Shown here piece by piece: positions 33,327-49,731 of a stretch of 64,000 bases of DNA. This stretch comes from Paraspadella gotoi (lineage: Eukaryota > Animalia > Chaetognatha), in assembly GCA_051294375.1 (NCBI GenBank), contig CM119270.1:12399676-12463675 (forward strand), in the 5' to 3' direction. Under the pieces are notes generated by a model. It saw only the letters and a list, made by a program, of their open reading frames with translations. It was not told where the DNA came from and searched no databases. A program made the translations under genes and the position numbers. Numbering within the stretch: position 1 is the first letter of the stretch; each line of letters starts with the position of its first letter.

Positions 33327-34228
33327 CGAGGAGAGAGGCGTGTTGGTGGTTGTCGCTGTAATGGATCGAGGCAAAGCGAAGAAGTATAGCTTCGAATGAG
33401 GTTAATCGAAGTTTAGTTACCCCACGTAGGGCAATTTCTTAAGTAGAGTCAATGAACTCAGAGGTCTTATAACGACGTCTGTTCATAATGTATACGATTT
33501 CGAATCTCTACGAAATTCTCACATTTTTTTTTTAACTCTCCAATTTGGAAAAATAAAAAAAAGATCCCAAACCAGGCCTCTTTCGGTCGGAGAGATAGAC
33601 ATCCTCATCTCTCTCGCTCTCTCTCCCTCTGAGTTTCGCAACGCCAAAAGCTTTTGCTCCACTCTCTGTGACTAGTACGAAAGGGGAATAAAAGGAATAA
33701 AACGAAAAAAAAAAAGTAAAAATAAAAAATAATAGAATAAAAGCAAAAAAAAAAAATAAACAGCTTCGCTCTGAGGTTAAACGGCGCCGACGGCTACAGA
33801 CCCGCCACCGAACGCGGCGTCATTATCCGTAGACAGGCCTCTTCATCCCGAGGTCGTTCTAGTTCATAAGAAAAGCCTTTTCTCTCTCTCGTCTCGGTCT
33901 CTCTCTCCCTGGGTCTCTCCTCCTCTCTCTCTCGTCTCTCTCTCTCTCTTCTCTCTCTCCTCTCTCTCTCTCCCTCCTTCTCCAGCATCAGCGTTTCAAC
34001 AAAGCCCCCCTTCCCAGCATTCTTTCGAATTTTCTATCGCTCGCCGACACCAGACGCCCAAAAGCCTCATGCGGACCATCGCTCAAGCTTCTTTCTTTTC
34101 TCTCCCTCTTCCCTGGTTCCAAAATCTCCTCTCTCTCTCTGTCTCTTTCAAAATCTTCCTCCTCTGAACCTCTCTCCCGGCCTTTCTTTCCTCCTCTCCT
34201 GCCCGTCTTCCCCCCTTGCTCTTTCAAA

Positions 34229-34900
34229 GGGTATGGTTTCGCGTAGGATTGGCCCATCTCATGGGCTTAATTTCCGTCAACGCGACCATTCGGAGAGCCA
34301 ACAGAAGAACGTTAATCCTCTCCCTCATGCCTTTGTTTCATTGACTCTCGATAGTTTGTCCTCCATCCCCCGGGAACGCTGCCTATTTCTCGCATGAATA
34401 ACGCAACGCTCTCCTCTTTCCTCTTTTGCCGTCCTCGACATCCTCTGGAAGCTGCGCGATGGGTTTTAAGTCTCTCTCTCTCTCTCTCTCTCTCCCTCTC
34501 TTTCTCGTCGTCTCTCTTTTCTCTCTCTCTCTCTCGTCGTCGAGTCTCCTGCCCTCTCGCTCTGTCTCTGGCGTCTCTCTCGTCCCTCGTCGATCCGTTC
34601 GTCGCTCAGCCCGGCGGCCTCCTCCCCTCCCATCCAGGCGCCGTCCGGTCTGCGGGCGGCGCACAGCCAATCGCCGGCAGCAGCGGCGGCCTGCTTCCAA
34701 GACTGGCGGCGGCATCCTGCTGCAGCATCGCGCCCGGAATGCTTCTTAGACACCTCAAACACGAATACGGAGCCGGATGAGCGAAGACCGTCCCTCGCGG
34801 GTGAATCAGGCTGCCAGTGGAAAGCTGCTTTGCCGACGTGGCTGCTGCTGGACGCTGCTGCAAAATGCTGCTGCACGTGACGCAGTCGTCCCTTAAAGCC
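34229..34900 (+). other. possible exons of a small third gene in error-rich sequence (other copies at 36756-37320 and 50572-51243)
   Basis: GC-rich blocks preceded by pyrimidine tracts ending in AG. The 36.8-kb copy reads MRATEDVILFLIFCSLTPCNSFPHP (signal-like), and one frame ends ...LPWKRFADVAAADAAAKCCCT-stop. The reading frame cannot be fixed. Confidence 0.3.
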
Positions 34901-35805
34901 GCCCTAACGATTACGATCAATCGTCTTCTTCTCACGATCGAAGTGAAAAAAGAAAAAAAAAAGAAGAATAATCTGCGATCCTCGTTAGTACAGTAAGCAA
35001 CAGTTAATTTCCGGCTGCAGAACATACGATGATGATTTTTTTCTTCCTTTCGAGACGGGGTACAGTTCCGGATTTTGAAATTAACACGGCAATCTACTCT
35101 CTCTTCTCCTCATCTTACTCTCATCTGTTTACGTCTCGTCTCTCTCCTCGCTCTCTTCTCTCCTCTCTCTCCTCTTCATCTCGTCCGTCTCTCTGTTCTC
35201 CTCTCTTCTTCTCACATTCACATGGATACTCTTGCGCGAAGCGAGGAGGCACCCATCTTCCATCGCCTCCAGTTAAAGCGAAAGCGAATATTTGTAAACA
35301 TTCTTAATCGTTTTCGTTATTTTTCGTCGTCAAGGTACTGAACTTAAACACTGGAAAAACAAACGTTGTTAACAAAGATTATTCCATTTTTAGGGCAGAC
35401 TATTCCGAGTTTTTAAACCGTGTGTGTGCCCTTACTTATGGATCAAAAATAGGTTTTTTTCGATTAAACGTTAAATCGTAAATTATTAAATTTACGCTAA
35501 ATTATTGATATCTTCAATTAATTTTTTTATCAACAATATTTTTATTATCAAATTTTTTTCACTGGCGGCCTTGGACGAAATTAATTTATTATCGTCAAAC
35601 AAAAACTTTTTAACTAAAAATCCCGTCAAAATTACGTCAAGTTAAAATTTCTAAAAAAACTTATTCGACCGAGATGAAAAAAAGATATTCTGGGTCCTTT
35701 TTACTCCCGAGTGACAATATTATGCGGTCCTCCGAAATGTCATTGTTTAAATCGCCGGACCCCTCTTTGCGCGCCTCACGNNNNNNNNNNNNNNNNNNNN
35801 NNNNN

Positions 35806-37536
<1,731 letters not shown>

Positions 37537-37537
<1 letters not shown>

Positions 37538-40500
37538 GCACATTTCGCGCGCTTAGTCTTCGCGCGTCATCGAGCACTCGGAACCGCACTGGTGTTCGTG
37601 CCCTCATTGCTGTCAAGAATCTAAAACCCGCCAACAACAGTAACCGCGACTAGTCAGCTCTCGAGTTCTCGGACTATTCTGCATATTTAACCCTGTACGG
37701 AATCAAATATTTTAATTTTTGACTATTTCGATTCCGTCTTGATTTGATAAAAAACTTTCCAATCTCGTAACTCTCTAATTTAAGACTACATACACTAAAA
37801 ACAGACCGACCGCTTATTCCTGAATACCATTTGGCATTAAAGTGTGAAATATTACACCAGAGGAATCACTTATCCGACTGACATTTCGGAATCGTGACGT
37901 TCGACCTGTGGGAGGGAAACGCCACGCAAACTGCGTCAAAAACGCTCGGCGGGATTTTAACGGTTTGGTTTATATCAGACGTTATCATGCAATTTGTCAT
38001 TAATCCGCCAATATTTTTCATCCCTAACATATTTTTTTTACCATCGTCAACCATTATTAAACGGCATTGTTCACGGAAGTCGTCATCTTAATTATCATCA
38101 TCAATCATTATCAATCAGCAGCAGTTGTCCATCAGTCAATTTTATTTTCATCGTTTATCAATGTCATCAATGTCAATCAAGGAGACGGCTAAAAAAGCAG
38201 AAATGTTCTTTTATTTTTCTCTCCATCTAACGTGTCCTGGTCTAAAACTCTCTCTTCCGTCAGGGTGGAAGTGGCTTCTGCCCTGCCTGTTTCAATTTGA
38301 CCGCTTTCCTTGTTCTCCGGGCGAAATCTCTTCTCCCCACTCCTCTTCCTCTTCCAAGTCCGCGTCGTCAAATCCTGCCAACGTGATCGTCAACGCCAGC
38401 ATCGGTTCCACTTCCGGTTCCGAGGCGGAAACCGACGCCGACCAACTGCCGGCGCCGGCGACGCCGACAACCGCCGCATGCGTCTCCCCTTTTCGTTTTT
38501 TCTTGCAGCATCGAAACGGTTTTCGTCGTGAAGGTTTATTTCGTCGCTGAGGACGAAACGACGATCAGACGCTCAAACTTCAAAGAGAACCCTCGTCGGG
38601 GCATTTCAGGTCCCGGCGGATTGGCGGGAGGTGGGTTTAAGCTGGGAGGTTGGAGGAGGACAGAGGCAGAAGCAATAGGTTGTAATAGGAAGGAAGGCTT
38701 TTTTGCCAGTCCGGAAAATAAAGGTAATAACAGATATATAAAGTAATACGTTAAATTCATTTATAGTTATAAATTGTAAAATGCTTTGTATAGTTTTTTC
38801 TTTCGCTTCGTTGTGGTTTGAATAAATAAATAAATAATAATAATGTTTTTATTTACTACAACGGATAATAATCATTATTTACTTTACTTCTCGTGTAAAA
38901 ATGCTTAAATTATTTTTTTTAAAACTAACGTTTGTATTATATAAATGATAATATCTCTATTCTTAATCGTCCATTTGTTTTTCGTAAAAGATTGCCAAAA
39001 TGACCTTTTCCCTGACTAAATTTATCTTGCTTTGTCCATGTTCGACCTTTGGGTTAATATTCAACTGTTAGCAAACAAAACATAAAAGAATTAAAACCCG
39101 GAAAACGGCCGGCTCAACGTCTTTTAATTCCTCGGGCGGTCCCGGCGGCGACTTTCGGGGAATGAAGGATTAAAAACAGATTAAGAAAGATTAAATTCTA
39201 CTCTTTTTATTCTTCTTTTAGCTTTCAACGCGTTTGAAAGAAGAAACCGATTAAAACTTTTATTCGATCTCTTTTGCTAAACTTCCGAAAGCAATTTGGT
39301 CCAGTCACAGTTTTTAAAAGTGGAGAAAAAAAAAGTTAAAGAAATGGAAAACGAATTGACAAAAAGATCAAAAGAAATGACAAAGGACGGAACAAAAGAA
39401 GAAAAGGGGAAAAACAAGAACAAAAGGCTTACGGAAGAGACAAACGTCATTTCTAACGAGGAATGATAGAGAAAGAAGAGAGAGAGAGAAGAGGAGAGAG
39501 AAGAGAGAGAGGAGAGAGAAGAGGAGAGGAGGAGAGAGAGAGAGAGAGAAGCAGGCGCGAACCATAGACCGTTAAATTCTGCCTGAATAAAGAAATTAGA
39601 AATCGGAAAATGAGAAGAGTCGCTCCTTCACGTTAATTGTCATACGGTTGCGCCCTTTTTCCCCGATAATGAACCAGCGGTGGTGGCGGGGTGATGGGTA
39701 GGGACTAGGGAGTTCTTGAGAATGGCCCATTAGCAAAGAAAGAGAAATAAAATTAATGAAGGAGAGAGAGGAAAAAAAAGGGAAACTTTTAACAATACTC
39801 TGTGCGCATAACAACGACGTGAATAATCATTACTGTAAAGGAAAGAAGGAATATGATTGGAACAGAAACGTAAAGCCGCTAAAATAAAAGCGAACGATGA
39901 TTAGGCAAAACTGACGCCAATTACATAAATATAATTCCATGATGGGAGAAAAGTTTTGGGTAGGGGAGAAGAGACTTCAAGGGATGATGTTAAAGAAAGA
40001 GGTCCGCCTTAACAAACAACAACTAGCAACCAAAACAAACCATATTTATACCCTAGGTTGAACCTGTACACATCCTCATCCACGCGATCGTTCAAACGAA
40101 CGTCCCTTGGCGCGGGCCGTGCCGACTTCGCCTTCGACTCGGACGGGAATCGAACCCGAGTCCGACAAGGCCTTCGGGGGCCGAAGATCTGGACGAGCGG
40201 TTGGACCGACTTGAAGTTGGTCGGACGGAAGTTTGAAGAGGTGTAGATCCTTAAACATCATCTCCATCTATTTAATAATCACGGACGACGTTCATTAAAA
40301 ATAAAATTTAAATTCAATTAATTCTCCGGCACATTCCGTGTCCGCGGAACGAGTTAGTGATTTCTCGAGATTCTTAATTCATCGATCTTAACTTTTTAAA
40401 GGTTTCAGATTTTAACTTTTGCGTCTTATTTTGAAGTGGTTATGTTCATTCCACCAGGAAGAATTGGATGCCGAAAGACACGACGAACGACGACGACGGA

Positions 40501-43500
40501 TACACGAAACGACCTCAACCCGCCAAAACGCTGCCCGTCGCAGACTTGACGGAACCACTCGACCTCAGAGGGAGGCGACTCCAAAAGTGATGGACGAACC
40601 GGGTGTTGGAAGAGGCGGGAGCGAAGGCGGAGATGAAGGTCGAAAGAAAAGAAGGAAGAGAAGGATCTGCTCTACGACGCCGACGATGACAGATTTTCAA
40701 AGACGACGACGAGAAATACCGTGGTGGGATCCTCTGCAGATGCTGGAAGAGGACTGGAGGCGGAATGAGGCCCATGAGGTTTCGGAAGCTTCGACGCATC
40801 GAACGAACGAAACGACCGACCGACTAAAAAGCCCAGCTCGAACAGATTCGACATTTTAATGAATCCCATGGAGATGACTTAGGTTTGTTGGGGAAGAGAG
40901 AATCTCTTTGAAAGGAAGAAGAGAATCCAACGACGACGAAACGAACGACGACCGACCGACGACGACGAAGAAACCGTCGACTTTCCGGGAAGAAAACTTA
41001 ATTCGCAATCAACTGAGGTGGAAGAATGGATTACAAGGATCCCGTCGACGATCCCACTCGACGACGGAGATCCTCGGACGCCGAAGTCGGAAAGTCGTCG
41101 TCGACGGAATCCTCGCTTGCCGCGGAGACGTCGTTGTCGTCGCCGAAGCGTCCGCCCTCTTTGGACTGCTTCGAAGGCGCGGGATTCGAAGAGTGCGACC
41201 TGGCTACGGACTCTCCAGGAGACGGTCCCGTCGCGGGGATCCCGGCGGCTTTCATTGGGCAAAGATGTTGAAGTTTGCCCGATCGAACGACCCGACGAGG
41301 ACTCTCCCGCGAAAGACGGACCTTGAAGACTCTCCCCGCGAAAGTTCTCTCTGGTTGGAAGGTCGCGGTCGGGGGCGCCTTCGACGTCACCCGAAGCCGT
41401 GCGAATCCTTCGTCGTTTATCCGGCGGCGTCGAATCTCTAAGACGGGAATGCTCCCGCGAGTGGCGCCGTTGGTCCTAAAACTGCTGAAGGCTGTTGACG
41501 AAAGTCTCTAACGAATGCACTCGAGTCACTGAAGGCTCCGTCGACGAGCTCGTTGGCTTTCTGGGCTCCAGGTGTTGCCGCCAGAGGACGAACTAGAAAG
41601 CGCCGCCGATTGGTTGAACGGTTGCCTTTCGCCGAGTTTTCGCGCCGGCGGACGCAGCGAGTTTTCCGGCTGCTGGACGAGGAAATCCCGACGTCGGTGG
41701 AGAAAGTATAGGAAGCGCGCCGGCGCCTGCTCCTTGCGCGCCTTGCGCAGAGTAGCCCGGCGTCCGGCGGGGAAATCAGAAAAGCCGCCGGACGGCGGCC
41801 CTTTTGCCTGCGACCCCTCTTGACGGGTGACTGCGCGGTTGAGGAACAGAGGCTGGAGAATCTCGGAGGCTCTGGCGATCTTGCGGGTCGCCGAGACCGC
41901 TTGGGACATTTTTTGTGAAGGCTTTTTCGAAGGATGCGAATTCGAGAGCCAACGGGGGATGTTTAGGTGAGGGAGAGAAAATGGATGACGATTGTATTCA
42001 TCTGTACTATTGTATTTTTAAATTTTAACGACTGACGGGTTTGCGGTAATTGCCAACGATGATAATACCCAGTTCCATTTAATTGTTAATTTTCTTTCAT
42101 TATGAAACTAAATAATGTTTTTTCAATTAATCTTAGCCTTAATAATCTTATCCCGGCAGATGAACCGTAGATGGTTCTCCAGTCTCTTCGCCACATGCTT
42201 GGCAGCACGAGTCGCCCAAGCAGATCGGTCGACAGCCGCAATTCGATCGTCGAACTGCGCACTTCGTCGAAGCCGCGCTGGATCTGCTTCGGGTAACAGG
42301 GATTTTGTTTCAACAGGAATATGTAAGTGAGTTTAGATTTTTTACAATATTGTAATTGTTATTGCCATCTAAAAATGTTCTTCCGCTGCAAAAGGGTTTT
42401 CATTGTCCGCTGTTCGCTTTTTGCCGAACTTTTAAAGTGAATCGTTTTGAGTGATCCTAATTATATTCCTCATCCTCCCCCCAGTGCCAAATAGAGAATC
42501 GAAAATTCTCCTCCAAATCCCAGTGGCTCCATCGTCGACCGGACGATCCTATCGATGACTTCGCCAACGGCCGTCAACACGTCACCTTTGTGAGTATCCA
42601 TGCCTTGCCCATCCTATCCGTCTACCTGAAGGCCTAACTTGGCCATCAGGGAAAGGTGTCCGAAGCCAAGCACCGATTGGGCGCTCGGCGCCTTCGTCGG
42701 GAATGGTTCAGTCGGACAAAGATTAGAACTAAAGGGAAATTGCCAATGAAAACTACAACGATATAATACAATAGTATAGGCAAGTAACATTAAATGAGAT
42801 TGATTGATCACCCCTGGCCGCCACCATTGATTTTCCGTTTCTTTTCCAACACATTTTTTTTAATGAAATGGTAACATACAAATATAAAATTATCTATTCA
42901 TGTTATATGAAAGAAGCTATCTATGCCCCTGACTTTTTTCCATGGCTTTGGTGGTTTAAGGCCTCCAATTCACTCTTACAAGATAATCATAATGGAACGT
43001 AAAGAAGGTTCGAATTTTATTCATATGAAACAAAATTAACAGTTTTGATGATATATTTACAATGCAGTTCTGGATAAAATTTCCGTTTTTCTTATCCTTT
43101 TTGAAGTAAAAAACTGGCGAAAAAATCATTACATAGTCGAAGAAAAGTTTTTTTCATCGCAAGTTAATTATTTGCTTCTCCGAACCTATTTCTTAAACTA
43201 TACTAATCAGAAAAGATATGACTCTCGATCCTTCTCTTCCTCAAAGGACCGCCCTTCTACCGGCAAATCCCCGGGCGGCGGTCGCGGAGTTGGAAGTGAC
43301 TCGCAAAGACCATCGGCGACGTTGGGAATATTGCCGGGCGGAAAAGGGAACTCCCCTTTAGATTTCATTCAGTCGGAGGCGGAATTCCGAAGCCGACACA
43401 AGGAATTACGAATAAAAAGGGTGAGGAAAAAAGGCGGTTTGAGGCGATGAGGCGGTTTTGAATGATGAAAGCGAACAAAAAAGTCTTGATAATTTATTTC

Positions 43501-46364
43501 TGGTCAAAAATGGGCAAATGGAAAAAGAAAGGTAAAGGTGCCAAAAACCGAAATGAGGATTGGAAAGAGGGAAGTGAGGAGACTTTACAAAAAAAGGTGA
43601 GAACCGAGAAGATGAAAACGAATAGAGGTGAGAATCTGCGGGTGAAGTTTGGCCATAAAGACTTCGGTTGAAAAAAAAAAACAGAAGTGACGAAAAAAGA
43701 ATTCACGTGAAAATGAAGGTGGCGGAAGCACAAAAAAGTGGAGAAAGAGAGAGCGAAAAGAAAAAAAAAAATCGGTGAAAAAATGTGAAGAGGAAATGCG
43801 ATTAAGTATTTTTTTTTTTTATTTCGGTGATTTCGTGACTTCAGGGATGCGTTTTGATATTATCTTGGTTCCCCGTGAGAGATTGTTAGAAAAAGTTGAA
43901 AAATATAATTTTCTTCTCGCAGGCGCCATTGTTTTGGGACAGCAAAAGATTCGTACTATGACGTCGGAAGCCAATATTTAATGCGGGTGAGCTGACTTAA
44001 TTAGATAATTTTTTTTTAAAAATTTCATTTATTTAAATTGGTACAAACCAATATAAAAATTATCATTCATTAAATAAACAAGCTATCTTGCCCCTGACTT
44101 TGAAACAGGCTTGGATGGTTAAGCCTCCATATCACTCCTTACAAGATAATGAACAAAGCAAGGTCCACTGCAAGCTTTCATCAAAGACCTCTCTCACAGT
44201 CCCCTCCGTTTATGTTCACTCCCAGAGTAACCTGGCTTCCCCTATCAAATGAAGCGGTAATAGATGTTTTCAAAAGAAAGTTTCAATTGTATGAAAATTA
44301 TTTACTCGTATTAGAATTTAAGACTCCTAAATCAATATTTTTCAGGTCTTTACGCCGGACGAAAACTCGGTTGACGGGGCCTAACAAACTCTTAGGTGAG
44401 TGTTCCTTTTTCTTTTAAAACTTCTTTACTCTTCCCAGTTCACCTTCACTAATCTTTCCCTATTCCACTGACTCCTACCAGCGCCTTCGTGGGCGACAAG
44501 CGTCCTTTTCTTCCGGCGCGAACTCGATGATCGGACGGCGTCAGCCTGGCGTAAGAACGGGTTCCGGCGGACCAAACAACAATACCCAACGCCAACAGAT
44601 CCCTCCCAGAAGTTTGTTTGTGGGCGTGGCGGGTTTTAACATCTTTCGAAACGTGGAGGATGCCTGCCGCAGCTTCGTCCCCGATCAACTACGGGCCGCC
44701 TTGTCTCCATCCACCGCCTTTACGATTATTTCCTTTCCTACGCGGCTCTTCGGTCTCCTTCGCTCGGTAGATTCAAGAGTTTGAAAGGGATGAGAAATGG
44801 GCTGTAAGGGATGAAACAAAAGCGGACAATAGAATGGTAAAAAAAAATGGATTAAAATAGAAAAAGAAATCAAAATAAAGATGGAACGTCAAATGAGATA
44901 GTGTGGCAAGCAACGACTTAAAGCCAGAAATAAAATAGATGGGAAAACTTAATGAATGAAGTGGGAAAGAAAAAAAACGAAATATATGGAAAAAAAAGAA
45001 ATAGATAAAAAATAAAAGTAGATGAATTTAAGTTTTTTTACCGATTGTTTTTAATAGTCATTTGCGTGGTTAATTTCCAGATTGGAGAGATTGCAAAGAA
45101 AAAAAAAAGCAAATTTAATAATAGAACCGCCTATTGTCCGTGTATAAAAACGCAAAAAATCTTCCCTTTGAAAGAACGCAGTTTGGGCGAAGAGCCGGGT
45201 GGGCAATTTGTAGTTCATCCTCTATTCAGACAGAGATCTTTCATGTTGAAAGACGTTCAGACCGCCAGTCCTGGGTCCTAAGGGAAAGGCTGTGAGTGAA
45301 TAATGTAAAATTGCCATGGCCTCATGCAGAGCTTTCGTAGTGCTTACTGATCCTTCACAATCTTTATTTACGTTGTTATCACTTTTCTTTTGCATTTCTC
45401 TAAACCCAATCGCCGACTGCTCCACCCAAGCCGTCTCCACCTCGCCTGCGTCTCCAATTCGTCTGCTACGATCTCGTGCCTCGCGTGCGCCAAGGGTCTC
45501 CGCCACATACCCCAAGGCGTCCCTCAGCGTCGGCGGGGGCGCCACAGGTCGGCGTCAGCCGGCCGTCGTCTCAGCAGGAACTGCGACGTCACCGTCAAAC
45601 AATCAATTTAATAAATTTTTAAAAGGGTCATTGAATGAGTTAAGTCTATTTTAAATAATCTGTAATGTTGTAAGGGTGCGACTTAGATAATTAAACTTTG
45701 TGACAATGAGAAGGCAAAGTTTACCTGAGTTAAATGTTCTGACCTGCATGGACGGGGTCGGACCTGTCACAGGGTCAAATGGGTTCACGATGGTCACTAA
45801 TATAGATAGTGGACAACATCCCGTCGTTGTAAAGTAACAGGAGCCGTCGCCTTTACAAAGTCGTTTTCAATTCAATTGTCAATTCAATTTTTTCAATTTC
45901 AATTTCAATTTAATTCAATTTCAATTTCAAATTCATTCAAATTTCAATTCAAATTTCAATTCAATTTCAATTCTAATTTCAATTCAAGTTTCAATTCCAA
46001 TTAAAATTAATTTCAATTCAATTTCAACTTCAATTTCAATTCAATTTTCAAATTCAATTGTCCTCCAAGAAATATGACGTCAAGTACGAGAACTCTTTCA
46101 TGATAATTAAAAGAGGAAAATGTGAAGACGAGGTGAAGGCGCGTCTTGAATCCTTTTTAAGGATGAGCTTTTTCATAAGTTTTTTTTTTTTTAATGTTTA
46201 ATTTGAAAGCAGAAAAGGGCAAAACGACCTTTGGGCTTAATTCACAAAGATTTCGATCTTGTCGTTTTCAACGTCGTCGTCGAAATCGTTTCCTGTGTCG
46301 TCCGTCCGTCCGTCTTTTTTGTCCTAGCTGCCAATGTCTCCCGTCGTTGACAACCGGGGTCAGA

Positions 46365-46417
<53 letters not shown>

Positions 46418-49400
46418 TACTATCAAAAAAAAAAGACCCCGCCCCTGTTCAAAGCCGATTCCGTAGGTGGACCTGGCACCCGTTAGGTTATTGCAACGCA
46501 CCTGGCCTCGTGCCAGAAAACTGTTGCCGCTTGGGGTCCGCCGAATGACCCCACTAGAGACGGAGACATTTCCTCCGCGGCCTATGGGAATGCCATCCAC
46601 TCAACCTCCTCTTAAGAGGTCGTTCCCGTCTGAAGCCGCCGATTCATTCAGGTCGCGATTATTCGAGTCTTTTTCTCTCTTCATTGTAAATCCGATTAAA
46701 AACTGAACTTCATCCTCCGTCGGCTGTCTTTCGCCGTATTCCTCGTCGGTAATTTGTACGTTGTCTTCGGCCGTATTTCTCGTCGTCCTTCCGTCGTTTT
46801 GTCTTCAGCCGTGATCTTCGTCCGTCAGTCTTCGTCGTTTGTCTTTCGCCGTATTCGTGACGTGCGTCGTACTTCGTGGCTCCTACGCCTTTTCTCGAAT
46901 CCCTGGGCGTCGGTCGGTTGTGTGTTGTTTTCCTGATATTTTTTTATCATGAAGTTAATGAGGATGTCTGTCTCGAAACCTTAATTCGGTTGTTATCTAG
47001 GATACTAGCAATTGTAGTCCTTCTTCCCCCGGCGAAGGAGTGATATTGAGGATGAAGGAGAGAGACGAGAGAAGAGAGAGAGAGAAGAGAGAAGAGAGTA
47101 AGAGAGAGAGGAGAGAGGGTGAGTGTGACGTGAGAGAAAAAAATGGAAGGTTTCGCGCTGAAGCGAGTCCAGACGAAGGAGGTCCCGGCGAGTTGAGGAG
47201 GCCAGCGTTGATAATTTAAATGGTGCGGAGAGTGAAAATTGTTTACAGGAAACATCATTAAACACAAAAAGAACGAATAAGGAAAGCTTTGCTTCTTCAT
47301 AAAAACAACAAATCGAAACTCATTTCAAATTCCGTAGTCGATTATCAAGTTATTGGGTAATTTATTTTCTTACAACAAAAAATTCCATTTTCAATGTTGC
47401 ACTTTAAAATTCCATCATTGCAAAGCAATTTTTGTTAATCATTTTTCTCACTAATAGAAAGAAAAAGCAAAATTTTGTCAAGGCGCCATGGACTTCCTGT
47501 TGTTCAATCAAGTCTTATTAAAATACCAATTTGTTTGTTTGACAAAATTCATTACAACAGTTTTCTAAAATTTGTTAAGCTTTAATCACCATGTTTAATA
47601 CCTGCGCAAACAGAAACACAGAAACATTCAAAGAAACAAATTGGTCATCTACTAATGGGTCATCTAAGCAATGGTAATCCTATATATGCAGATGATAGAT
47701 ACCGTTTTTCGAGTAATTGATAAACCAATAAAAGAAACAAAAATACAAGCACCTTGGATTTCTGTTTAATTAACCGTTAACTATACTTTATTTAACTTAC
47801 TGAGTCCTAATAACTTTCGTCAGTCAAGACAAAATAAAGGATATAGGATGGCCGCCGATCCGCCTAAAAACGCACAAATGAGCCTTTTTTTTTCTCAAAT
47901 AAACTAAAGGCAAATTGCAAAGAAAAACAATTTTTCCTCTCACCCACACAACCAATCGTTTGTGACCCTTGAACCCATCCACTAGAGCGAGACGGAATTC
48001 TCCGTCCCTGCGTCTCGGCCACCCACCGGGTTCGATCCCATGCGCGTCCAGTCTCGCCCCTCACCCTTCAAAGTCCTGCTATGGGACGTGAGACTGAGCC
48101 AGACCTGGATGGGCCTTTTCCAGATCTTCAGAGGCTCCAACCGCCCGAGAGTGGGAATTCGGCCCTTCGTGCAAGCGGGGGACGAAGGAGAGACCCGGAA
48201 GAAAGGGATGAATGGCGAAAAGAACGGAACAACGTTCCGTGCACCAATTCTTGTGAGGACATCGTTTATTGGCTTGTTTCTTTTTTCCACTCTTTTATTT
48301 TTTTCAGTTTTTTAAAATTGATTTTCTTACTTCAGTTTTCCCTATAGATGAGTAATCATTTCCCCTATCGTACTATATATAATAATAAGTACTAATATAT
48401 ACTACTGAAAATTCACATTTGTTTTTTTTTTTTTTCGCTCCCCTTCTTAATTCTTTCTTTCTTTTTACTTTTTTATCTTTTTTTCTCTCTTCCCTGTTTT
48501 TTTTTCGTTTTTAAAACCGCTTTCTCCCAATTTCTTTTTCTCAGAAAAAAAGCCCTCTTGACTCCGTTGCCCGGACGCCGCCAGTGTCGAATCAAAAAGT
48601 GGGATAAATGCTTTTTACGGATGGTCTCAAGCAACTTCAAAATGCTCCCTTGGACAGATCGGACACTTATGCCAAGTGAGGGACAAAAATACTTTATTAC
48701 CGTAGTCTTTCTATGTTCAAATTAAAAAAATCTTAACTTTCATATTGAATAAAAGTAATGTTGTCTTTCATCGACCAGGAGCGGGACGTCGTTCCCGGAA
48801 ATGGCCAACGGACGCAATGATGCAAAGTTTTGGCGGGAGGGCAATTGTTCGGGCTGTCGGATGGCCGTGGGAATGCACCGACCTTTCTGCAAATGAATTC
48901 AGCTGCCTCCTGGATTGAAGGAAGAAAAAGGGAAGAGTTTTGAACGTAAAGACGGGGCGATTTGGCTATTTCGAAATGCAAATGCAAAGTTGTAAATTTT
49001 TTTTTTTATCGTATTGCACAATTATTTAATTAAGTTTAAAATGTTCGCAGTTTTTTGATGGAAAAGAATAAATTTGGATTTGTTTTTGTGAATGTTAAAA
49101 AGATGAAAGAACGTTAAAATACGGAAAGTACTTTAGTGATATAGGGCAATTTCAATTGGTGTCTGAATACCAGAACAACGAAATCCGTCATATGGGTAAT
49201 AGAGACTCGCCTTTTCCCCATTGTAGTTAAGGCTGTCCCTTACAGGCTGCGATCCTTTTGTGATAGGGAGATAACTACAGTAGTTTAAACTTTTTATTGC
49301 GAATTTTTTTCGAGTTAAACGCTCATCTCTTTTCTGTCCGCTCGATTAGATTTAGAATATCGTTTTTGGAATGCAGCGGCCTTGTCCCGTCCCGGTTTCC

Positions 49401-49603
49401 GCGGACAATTTTTTTTTCTTCGTCAAACGATGGAGGGAAATAGACTACAAGTTTTTTTTTCAAGAAACAACGGACAACAACAATAACCAACAACAACCGA
49501 AAGCAACAATAACAACGACTGGAACGTGACGACCAAAAAAGTTCAAAAATCTGTGATGTCTGTAAAGTAGGCTTCGAGGGGTATCCAAGATTGATGGTGA
49601 AAC

Positions 49604-49669
<66 letters not shown>

Positions 49670-49731
49670 CGAGGAGAGAGGCGTGTTGGTGGTTGTCGCT
49701 GTAATGGATCGAGGCAAAGCGAAGAAGTATA
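37537..49731 (+). repeat. indel-rich copy of ~21517-33390 (gene 2 without exon 1); probable uncorrected long-read fill
   Basis: Colinear with the gene 2 region in exons and introns, with frequent single-base insertions spread evenly. The longer exons are frameshifted. Confidence 0.9.
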
